Shown here: positions 16,558 to 23,571 of the stretch, in pieces
How the letters are laid out: every line of letters starts with the position of its first letter
How positions within the stretch are numbered: the stretch's first letter is position 1
NCBI RefSeq assembly: GCF_000016385.1
Contig: NC_009376.1
Span: 1,972,179 to 2,004,178, forward strand
DNA length: 32,000 bases
DNA from: Pyrobaculum arsenaticum DSM 13514
Lineage (GTDB): Archaea; Thermoproteota; Thermoprotei; Thermoproteales; Thermoproteaceae
Direction of reading: 5' to 3'
Made by a program: the position numbers and the translations under genes
Notes under the pieces: model-generated
What the model was told of the DNA's origin: nothing
Databases searched by the model: none
Seen by the model: the letters and a program-made list of their open reading frames with translations, nothing else

Positions 16558-16660
16558 CGCCCAGAATAGCGCTCACGGCGCGAGCCCCGCCGCATGTCGC
16601 GCCTCGAGGCAGGCCTAAGCGCAGGTCCTTATAATTGGCGCATGTAGGCCACGGAGTAGA

Positions 16661-16785
16661 CCCCCCGTCCACCTCTAGTACTTGTCGCGGCCCAGCACAG
16701 TTCCTCTATTTAAGACACGGGTGGCGTACGCCTATCTTTTCCTCAAGCGCGATATGAAGAAGGCCTCGCTTCTGTGGATGTGGGG
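16661..16785. repeat. Direct repeat DR1, copy B: real nop2 3' end plus a decayed HEPN 5' fragment
   Basis: The 33-nt core at 16753-16785 encodes PHIHRSEAFFI of nop2. The adjacent 16661-16752 aligns in blocks with the HEPN promoter and first codons, reading TVLGRDKY*RW against IVLVCYEYWRW. Confidence 0.8.
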
Positions 16786-17976
16786 GAAGGTTCTCCCGCC
16801 GACGCCGGGCGTGTACGACGGGGCGAGGTCAGGATGGGGCTTTTCCGCCTCTGCGCCGGCAGACGCCGCCACCTCTTCGCCTTCTTGTGGAAGGATGCTA
16901 CAGACGGCGTACACCACCTCCTCTGCCAGCGCCAATGCGTTTTTGATGAGGGCCTTCTGCACGGCGGAGTACTTAGGCGCCTCCTCGACCCGGGGGTATA
17001 TCTTTACGGCGGGCTCCTTGGTGAACGCCCCGCTGGAGGTGCAAGGCGCGTCTAGAAGCGCCTTGTCGAACTTCCTTGTCTTTAAGACCCGAGAGTCTGC
17101 CCTGACGACCTCTACAAAGTCCCCTGCTCCTAGGTTTTTCAGGAGGTGCCTCATCCTCGCAACGCGCTTCGCCGAGAGGTCCACGGCAACGATTTTGGCT
17201 CTTCCCTCCGCTAGCTGGGCTATTAGGCTGGTCTTCATCCCCGGCGCCGCGGCGAGGTCGATTATCCTGTCGCCAGGCTCTGGCCTAAGCGAAAGCACGG
17301 CGTATATTGAGGCCAGGTCTTGGGGAACGGCCACAAACCGCCTCACGGCCTCTAGGTACTGGACAGGCCTCTTAGCTGATTTAAGCAACACGGCGAAGGG
17401 AATTTTAGGATGGGGCTCCACCTCGGCCTCGGCCTCCAACAGCCTCAACGCCTTGTCCACGTCCGCCTTCAGCGTGTTTATCCTCAGCCAAATCCAGGTG
17501 TGATTCCCCGCTTCTAGCAACCTCTCCACTTCCTCCGGCGGGAAATGCGACAGCAGTGTCGACACTATGTTGGGGTGATAGCTGTACTTCACCGAGAAGT
17601 ATCTGGCGCGATCCTCCCTTAACTCCTCCAACGCCGCCATTACGTGGTCCGGCTTTGTCAGAGCCCTTTTTAACAGCCGTTTCCGCACGCTGTAAACCAT
17701 GTCTTTGTTGTAGAGGAGAGAGTCTGCCCTAAAAATAAACCACGCCTTAGCTATGGCTTTTGCGCCAGAAGAGCCGAACATCTTCGAAGCGGCGAATTGG
17801 AGAAAATAGTAATGGCGCACAGCGTCGTAGACCACGTCGTAAAATACCTTGAAGCTATCTAACTCACGCCACCCCCTCTTTACCTTTTGAAAAGCGTAGT
17901 CAAGAGTAAGACCTTTGCTTATTTCGTAGAGAACCTTGGCAGTGAAGGATATCAGCTCTCCAGGAGTCCACTTCAC
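16732..17976 (-). CDS. NOL1/NOP2/Sun family RNA cytosine-C5 methyltransferase
   Basis: SAM-binding DLAAAPGMKTS and catalytic DAPCTSSG motifs. The start is set to the in-frame GTG at 17976, which overlaps the upstream stop (GTGA). The listed ATG at 18054 would overlap the upstream gene by 82 nt. Confidence 0.9.
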   Translation of the reverse strand: MKWTPGELISFTAKVLYEISKGLTLDYAFQKVKRGWRELDSFKVFYDVVYDAVRHYYFLQFAASKMFGSSGAKAIAKAWFIFRADSLLYNKDMVYSVRKRLLKRALTKPDHVMAALEELREDRARYFSVKYSYHPNIVSTLLSHFPPEEVERLLEAGNHTWIWLRINTLKADVDKALRLLEAEAEVEPHPKIPFAVLLKSAKRPVQYLEAVRRFVAVPQDLASIYAVLSLRPEPGDRIIDLAAAPGMKTSLIAQLAEGRAKIVAVDLSAKRVARMRHLLKNLGAGDFVEVVRADSRVLKTRKFDKALLDAPCTSSGAFTKEPAVKIYPRVEEAPKYSAVQKALIKNALALAEEVVYAVCSILPQEGEEVAASAGAEAEKPHPDLAPSYTPGVGGRTFPHIHRSEAFFISRLRKR

Positions 17977-18479
17977 GTGAGAAATACCAAATCGGCCTCC
18001 AGCTTCGCCAAGTCTATAAGGGCGTAGCTCGACCTGCCGGTTAGGCAACCGCACAGCTCCCCGGGGTTCACCACCAGCGTCCTCCCCCTCCTCTCCAGCG
18101 AGGCTTGGTGGGTGTGGCCGTAGATCACCACGTCGTAGAGGTCGGACTCAGCCAACGCCCTCAGCAACACGGGCGATGTGCCGTGGTACACCGCTATTTT
18201 CCTGCCGCTGACCTCCAGCTCCGCGGCGTCGCCAGCGATTTCAACGCCGTATTTCCGCGCCGTTTCTAGAAAATAGGGTCTCTCCCCCTCGTTGTTGCCC
18301 CATACGCCAACTATCCTTACCCCCTCGCCCACCGCCTCCCTTAAAAACCTAGCGGCAAATGGCGACACCCAGTCTCCGGCATGCAGGATCAGCTTAACCC
18401 CCCTGCGCCTCGCCTCCTCACCAACCCGCCTAATAGCTATGACGTTGTCATGGCTGTCTGAAATGGCAACCACTAGCAT
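17973..18479 (-). CDS. Metallophosphoesterase, YfcE/MJ0936 family
   Basis: Motifs VVAISDSHDN, HAGDW, GNNE and GHTH. Confidence 0.85.
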   Translation of the reverse strand: MLVVAISDSHDNVIAIRRVGEEARRRGVKLILHAGDWVSPFAARFLREAVGEGVRIVGVWGNNEGERPYFLETARKYGVEIAGDAAELEVSGRKIAVYHGTSPVLLRALAESDLYDVVIYGHTHQASLERRGRTLVVNPGELCGCLTGRSSYALIDLAKLEADLVFLT

Positions 18480-18737
18480 AATGCGGCAAGTAGACTAGTT
18501 AAAAAACTCTTCTCCTGGACAGGCAGGCGCCGACGCTACGAGTAACGGGATGGGCAAGTAGCCCGCGGCGGGGACGCAATGTTGTTTAAACCTCCGCCGA
18601 GATCTCTGGCTCTATCGGCTCTTCATGTGCGCTGCGACTAGCGCGCCGCTCTTAGGGGAGTACTAGAACTCGGCGCCGTTGGCCCTAATGGTGTAGGGTT
18701 TTACCCCGAGGTCAACCGCGGGGCGCCGCCGACTGTC

Positions 18738-19277
18738 CTAGTCAACCTGTACGCCTAGAACCTTCTGGAAGAATTCTACTGCCTCCTCCCTGGTGACGAG
18801 CTGTTTTTTGCCTACTTTACTCCTCCTCCTTCTCCTCAGTTGCACCCTGAGCCCCGGCTTTGCTAGCTTCACGCAGACGTCCATGCCCCATATTCCAACA
18901 GCTGGGTCGTACTTGACGCCGGGTAGGAGGATGTGCTCCTTGATGCCGAAGCAGACGTTCCCCCTGTCGTCGAAGCTGGTCCTCTTTACGCGGTTGTTCA
19001 CCGCCTGCAACGCCCTCATTAAGAAGTTGACTGCCTGGTCTCTCCTCAGCGTGACCATCACGCCTATCGGCTCCCCCTTCCTAATGCCGAAGTCCTTAAT
19101 CGACCGCTTCGCCCTCCTCCTAGAGGGCTCTGCCCCCGTTAGTTCTTTTAACAGTTCAGCCGCCTTTTCTAGCCTCTCGCCGCCGGTCCCAACTCCGATG
19201 TTCACGACGACCTTCTCGATGAAGATCCTCTGCATTGGGTGCTGTTTTACGAGCACCAGCTCCTTCCAGCTGGGCAT
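18738..19277 (-). CDS. rpl5: 50S ribosomal protein L5 (uL5)
   Basis: RIFIEKVVVNIGVG and overall uL5 similarity. An A/T-rich box (AAAATTTTAAAAA) lies about 25 nt upstream. Confidence 0.93.
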   Translation of the reverse strand: MPSWKELVLVKQHPMQRIFIEKVVVNIGVGTGGERLEKAAELLKELTGAEPSRRRAKRSIKDFGIRKGEPIGVMVTLRRDQAVNFLMRALQAVNNRVKRTSFDDRGNVCFGIKEHILLPGVKYDPAVGIWGMDVCVKLAKPGLRVQLRRRRRSKVGKKQLVTREEAVEFFQKVLGVQVD

Positions 19278-19371
19278 AGGCGTCTAGCTTTGGCTGTTTT
19301 TAAAATTTTTAGAACACCAGCGGCACCTCTGGCCCCTTCGCCGCCACGGCCTCTGCGGGCTTGAAGAGGCG
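19203..19371. repeat. Direct repeat DR2, copy 1: diverged PAC2 3' fragment plus the real rpl5 promoter and 5' end
   Basis: 19309-19329 is identical to 20418-20438 (21/21). 19330-19371 encodes LFKPAEAVAAKGPEVPLVF*, against ILKPAEAMAPARREVPLVF* in the real gene, at about 70% nt identity. Confidence 0.8.
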
Positions 19372-20301
19372 GAACAATTAGCGGAACTGGCGAGGTAGCT
19401 TTGCGGCCTAGGTCAGTTTGTGAGACTGGGCCATAATCTAAAGCCTCACGCATAGGCCCAGGAGCACCCCTGAGATGTGCCCCCTTAGCGATATATTCAT
19501 TATACCGGGCCATGACTAGAAGTCTGTCAAGAGTCAACATCTAAGTATTGCCTCTCTTTGCCTTTCAACTAGGCGCAACCCAATTGCTTTGCCCCATAAT
19601 AAAACATTATGCCGTCTAGGTGGCTCAGCGCACCGCTGCGGCCACGAGGTTGATCCCGCGCCTCACATATGTCAAACTCTCTTTCACCTCTTCAAGACTT
19701 AGTCTCCCCTCGTGAAACCCTTCTACGTGTAGAAACCAAGCCTCCCGTGCGGCTAGGCGAAATTCTATGCCGAATTTCTTCTCCAACTTCCTAATGGCGG
19801 AGAAAAAAGTAGCGGCCCTCCACCGACCCTCTCGTTCTGCTAGCCTCGCCTCTTCGAGACCCAGATAAATCGCGGCGGCCTTAACCGCCTCCTCAAAGGC
19901 CTTATATGCCTTTTCAGAGGCCTGTACGGGATCCTCTAATTTCTCCGCCTCTTCTAAATACCGCATTGCCAACTCTAAATGGGCCTTTGCCTCTTCAGCC
20001 GGGTCTGCCCCCATGGCCTTTGATAGGGCTGAAATGATGACATATTCCACGTCTATTCCCCTCTTCCTGGCCTCTGCCATTATGTTCTCCACGTAAAGAT
20101 CTTGGTCTTTTTTAAATACTAGCGGCGCCCTTCCCAAAACCCCGGTCAAAGGCGTCGGCTAGGAACTGCTCAGGTGATGCGCGAAGGCGCTAGGCGAGTG
20201 GTCACTGCAGCCTAGCAGATGCGTTAAAAAATGTCCTCGCCCCGCCGCTCGCTGTGCGGAGATGCCGTCCTGAGGGGCGTTTGGATCGGCGGCAAATTCT
20301 G
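19372..20301. mobile_element. Accessory cassette 2 (PaREP1 cargo) inserted at the PAC2/rpl5 junction (no recombinase gene)
   Basis: Unique DNA bounded by the two DR2 copies. Contains only the PaREP1-like ORF and flanking non-coding sequence. Confidence 0.55.
19625..20149 (-). CDS. PaREP1-family protein (HEPN-related helical protein)
   Basis: AHLELAMRYLEEAEKLEDPVQASEKAYKAFEEAVKAAAIYLGLEE ... REGRWRAATFFSAIRKLEK ... AWFLHVEGFHEGRLSLEEVKESLTYV matches my recollection of the Pyrobaculum PaREP1 repeat-protein family. TTG start. Confidence 0.7.
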   Translation of the reverse strand: MTGVLGRAPLVFKKDQDLYVENIMAEARKRGIDVEYVIISALSKAMGADPAEEAKAHLELAMRYLEEAEKLEDPVQASEKAYKAFEEAVKAAAIYLGLEEARLAEREGRWRAATFFSAIRKLEKKFGIEFRLAAREAWFLHVEGFHEGRLSLEEVKESLTYVRRGINLVAAAVR

Positions 20302-20480
20302 GCACGCCGACCTTTCTAAGGACTTCCATTGGGTGCATGAGTCCTCTTCTAAACGAGGAAAACGGCCCAACCACCCGGGGACAGCTGGCGAGGCCTCTCC
20401 AATGGGTCTAAGAAAAATTAGAACACCAGCGGCACCTCGCGCCTCGCCGGCGCCATGGCCTCCGCCGGCTTTAAGATGGC
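20302..20480. repeat. Direct repeat DR2, copy 2: real PAC2 3' end plus a decayed rpl5 promoter/5' fragment
   Basis: The 21-nt core is at 20418-20438. 20302-20417 aligns colinearly with the rpl5 upstream region and first ~25 codons through the blocks TAGAC, CCAGCTG, CTCGT, GCACCCAATG and AGAAAGGTCGGCGTG. Confidence 0.75.
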
Positions 20481-21239
20481 CTCTATGTTCTTCTCGATGA
20501 GGAAGGCATACCTAGTTGCGTGCTCTTGCAACTTTGCCGTGTCTATTTGGATATCTGCGAGCTTAGCCACAGCGTTTATTAGCTTCAACGCGGCGCCTAC
20601 GTCAGGGCCGACCCGCCCGACAAGGTCGTTGAGTATAAGCATCACGTCGCGGTGGGTGGCGATTTTGCCGCTGTCTACCAGCCTCTTTATGGCGGTGAGT
20701 AGCTTAGACTCGGCGATTATGAGTGCGCCGTCTATGCTCCTGCCGAGCACTGCGTCTAGGTATGCCCCCTCGAGTCCGGTCACGGTGGCCTCTTTTATAG
20801 GCTCGAAGCCGTACTGCTTAAACTTCTCCACTAGGCCCTCCTCCGTGACGAAGTAGACGTTTTCACTTTCCTTCTCGCCGGCAGCTGGCATGGCCGATAG
20901 GCAGACCACGAGTTTTACCTTGTTTTCCTCGGCCCAATCTAGGACCTTGTGGATGAACTCAGCGTAGATCTGCGGCGGTATGGGAACGTGTTGCCTAATG
21001 GCAAGGATGCCCGCCTCTTTCGAGTAGAACAGTCTGTGAGGCAGTTTCGCCGCGCCGTTGACGACGGCGATTACTGGAGGCATCTCCGTGATTTTAATTG
21101 CCCCTATCTCCTCCATCTTAAGCGCATCTATTAGATACTCAACTGCTATGACACCTGCCAGCGAGGGCTCGGGGCAAGCCATCACGAGGATGTTCTTTTT
21201 GTCCCGCGGCAGTCCGCTGATCTTTACTTCGAGACGCAT
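20418..21239 (-). CDS. PAC2 family (proteasome assembly chaperone-like) protein
   Basis: N-terminal pattern NILVMACPEPSLAGVIAVEYLIDAL ... LPHRLFY and a length of about 270 aa resemble archaeal PAC2/PbaA-PbaB-like proteins. The call is from resemblance only. Confidence 0.65.
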   Translation of the reverse strand: MRLEVKISGLPRDKKNILVMACPEPSLAGVIAVEYLIDALKMEEIGAIKITEMPPVIAVVNGAAKLPHRLFYSKEAGILAIRQHVPIPPQIYAEFIHKVLDWAEENKVKLVVCLSAMPAAGEKESENVYFVTEEGLVEKFKQYGFEPIKEATVTGLEGAYLDAVLGRSIDGALIIAESKLLTAIKRLVDSGKIATHRDVMLILNDLVGRVGPDVGAALKLINAVAKLADIQIDTAKLQEHATRYAFLIEKNIEAILKPAEAMAPARREVPLVF

Positions 21240-21313
21240 GTGCCTGGCTACACATCATGTATTAAATATTTCTGCCGTTGTCTAAATTTTTAAAGCTCTT
21301 CACAGTACGCGCC

Positions 21314-21910
21314 ATGGGTAAGGCGGTTGCTTTCCACGGATACAGAAGCTCCCCGGAAAACATCGGCTGGCTTATAGCCCCGCTCCGCGAGGCGGGGTTC
21401 AACGTCGTGATGCCGTTTATTAGAGATGTGGATGACGGCTACGAGGAGGGGCTGAAGGAGCTACCTGCGGACGTGGTGGCGGGCCACAGCATGGGGGGCA
21501 CAGTGGCGCTCCTACTGGCGGCCCGGAACCCCGGCAGTGTTAAATGTGTAATTGCGGTGGCTTCCCCCGTCGATAGGAGGTTACAACTGCAGTACCTGCT
21601 TCAGTCGGAGGATCCTTACCTGAAAAAGTTGGCTAACCAACTCGCCTCCCTTGGAAATAAGCTGGAGCAGACGTCACCCTCCCGCTTTATTGGCAACGGG
21701 ATGCCGCCTGTGCTCTACATAAGAGGCTCCGAGGATCGGGTCGTGCCCAGGACCCACGTCGACATCCTCGCCGGGCTGTCAGACCGCTTTAACTTCCCCC
21801 TCGAGGTCGTTGAGATAGAGGGCATGGCGCATAGCCCACAGAGAGAGGACCACGTGGCCGCCGTTGCTGATGCGGTGAAAAAGTTTGTGGCAAAGTACTG
21901 CGCCCCCTAG
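21314..21910 (+). CDS. Alpha/beta hydrolase
   Basis: Nucleophile elbow GHSMGG and a late His (GMAHSP). ATG 21314 is preferred over TTG 21278 because AAATTTTTAAAG sits about 20-25 nt upstream of it. Confidence 0.75.
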   Translation: MGKAVAFHGYRSSPENIGWLIAPLREAGFNVVMPFIRDVDDGYEEGLKELPADVVAGHSMGGTVALLLAARNPGSVKCVIAVASPVDRRLQLQYLLQSEDPYLKKLANQLASLGNKLEQTSPSRFIGNGMPPVLYIRGSEDRVVPRTHVDILAGLSDRFNFPLEVVEIEGMAHSPQREDHVAAVADAVKKFVAKYCAP

Positions 21911-22647
21911 CCTAGTTTAGGCAGGGCGCCCTTTGCGAATAGCTTCGAGAGTGTTGATTTGTCGACTTTGTATATGTGGTGGGCGACCTCCGCTATTAGG
22001 CGGTCGCTGGGTTTGCACTGCTGGAAGCCCATCTTGAGGCAGTAGGTGTATTTCAGGATTTTTAAACTGTCGGCGCTCCTTATTTTCCCCAGCGCTATCT
22101 CCTCTGCTATTTTATACGCGCTGTAGAACGCGGCGTAGTTCACGAGCCGCTCGGCGAGGCTTGGGTAGACTACTTCGTATGTCTTGATCGCCTTTACTAG
22201 GAGCATCTCTGGGTAGTAGCCGAGTATTGTCCCTGTAAAGACCAGCCTTAGCACTCTGAAAACCTTGTCTTCTTCTGACTTGCCTTTTATCTCGTCCGTC
22301 TTCCGCCTTAGGGACTCCGCTGTTTCCTGGGTGACAACTTCGCCTACGTTGCGGATAATCTCGACGGCCTCTAGGCTTCTGTTTTCTATGTAGAAAACAT
22401 TGTCGAAGTCTCCTGGGGCTAATATCCCAGTTCCGTAAACGCCGACAAGGTAGACCGTTGCGACCTCCTTGTCGTAGACTCCTTCTTTGGAAAGGCCGCG
22501 GAAAGGCTCTATCCTTTTTGATTTGTATATCTCCTGCAACTCAGCCACTAGGGCGGAGCGGGAGGTTATGAACCCGTTGAGAACCCTCTCTAGGAGGATG
22601 AGGGCGGCTTCGATCCTATCCTTGTGTAGCTGTTTTGCCGTCTCCAT
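21907..22647 (-). CDS. Conserved hypothetical protein
   Basis: 246-aa ORF in an operon-like array downstream of rpl10e, with a 32-nt overlap. Normal composition. No motif recognised. Confidence 0.6.
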   Translation of the reverse strand: METAKQLHKDRIEAALILLERVLNGFITSRSALVAELQEIYKSKRIEPFRGLSKEGVYDKEVATVYLVGVYGTGILAPGDFDNVFYIENRSLEAVEIIRNVGEVVTQETAESLRRKTDEIKGKSEEDKVFRVLRLVFTGTILGYYPEMLLVKAIKTYEVVYPSLAERLVNYAAFYSAYKIAEEIALGKIRSADSLKILKYTYCLKMGFQQCKPSDRLIAEVAHHIYKVDKSTLSKLFAKGALPKLG

Positions 22648-23164
22648 CGCCCTTTGGCTCTATCACGATTCTCGTGGGCAACGGTAGTTTTGACGCGGCT
22701 CGCCTAAACGCCTCTTTTATGTGGGCAAGGTGCTCTGGCTTGAACTCGGCGTAGAAGAGTATCTGGCCCGGCTCCACTCTGGCGGCTCTGCCAGCCGGGG
22801 AGCCGAAGGCCAGCCTCATCCCCTCTTGGAGACGGTCTGCGCCCGCCATGGCAAGCATTCTGTTTTCGCGCAACACGTGGTGGGGGATTACGTTGAGTCT
22901 GAGGTAGTAGTTTGCGTCTCCGACGTATTTGGTGAGGTACTTAGACGCCATCTGTCTAGCCGCCTCTAAGGCCTGCATTCTTATTTGGCCTCGCTCCTCT
23001 ACGATGAGCTTGGCTACCATGGGGAAGGTGGCCCTCGCCGCGGCGCTTGTGGTGCCCATGTCGAACTTAGGTATCTGGATCATCGGCGCTCCGTGTATGT
23101 ACTCCTCCCTAGTGTAAGGGGGCCCCTTAATCCTCCTGTAGCACCTCGCCGGCCTTACTGGCAT
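22616..23164 (-). CDS. rpl10e: 50S ribosomal protein L10e (uL16)
   Basis: N-terminal MPVRPARCYRRIKGPPYTREEYI is diagnostic of L10e. Confidence 0.93.
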   Translation of the reverse strand: MPVRPARCYRRIKGPPYTREEYIHGAPMIQIPKFDMGTTSAAARATFPMVAKLIVEERGQIRMQALEAARQMASKYLTKYVGDANYYLRLNVIPHHVLRENRMLAMAGADRLQEGMRLAFGSPAGRAARVEPGQILFYAEFKPEHLAHIKEAFRRAASKLPLPTRIVIEPKGDGDGKTATQG

Positions 23165-23184
23165 GTCCCTTCAATGGGTGAGTA

Positions 23185-23571
23185 TTATAAATTTGACTGT
23201 TTTTTTGACATCAGCTTCATGGCGGCTTGCACCAGGTCGCCTTTGGCCTCTATGAGAGCTTTCACCACCTCCTCCCTCGGCGCGCCAGTCTGTTCGGCGA
23301 CAAGCGCGATGTCCTCCTCGCTTGGCACGTACTCCGACGCTGGCTGAGGCTGGGGGGCCGGCGCGATTTTCTGCACTGAGCTCTCTGAAGTCTGTATCTG
23401 GAACGCCAACACCTTATTAGGCATCCTCATAAGAGCCACGGTGGGGTTGTTAATACGTAAAACCTCGCCGTTTCTCAGCCTTATCTCTACGTAGGCGGCG
23501 TCTACCTCCTCCACCTTAATGCCCATTCGCTTCAGTAGCCTCTCTAGATCCTTAGGACTTGTGGGAATCAT
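23185..23571 (-). CDS. nac: Nascent polypeptide-associated complex protein
   Basis: A NAC domain is followed by a C-terminal UBA-like segment, [36 protein letters not shown]. There is a 4-nt ATGA overlap with the alaS stop. Confidence 0.85.
   Translation of the reverse strand: MIPTSPKDLERLLKRMGIKVEEVDAAYVEIRLRNGEVLRINNPTVALMRMPNKVLAFQIQTSESSVQKIAPAPQPQPASEYVPSEEDIALVAEQTGAPREEVVKALIEAKGDLVQAAMKLMSKKQSNL

Larger units (their letters stand above)
14800..16660. mobile_element. Accessory cassette 1 inserted at the nop2/HEPN junction (no recombinase gene)
   Basis: Unique DNA bounded by DR1 copies A and B. The left third is about 42-46% GC by hand count against the upper 50s elsewhere. Carries four ORFs unrelated to the flanking genes. 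Confidence 0.55.

Noticed and set aside
20159-20374. 71-aa ORF between PaREP1 and the PAC2 gene
   Set aside because: Its 5' part is the decayed duplicate of the rpl5 promoter and first codons (HPM..KVGV). It is best read as a junction-repeat remnant and not a gene. The same applies to the 97-aa ORF at 19247..19540, which spans the other repeat copy and the rpl5 start.
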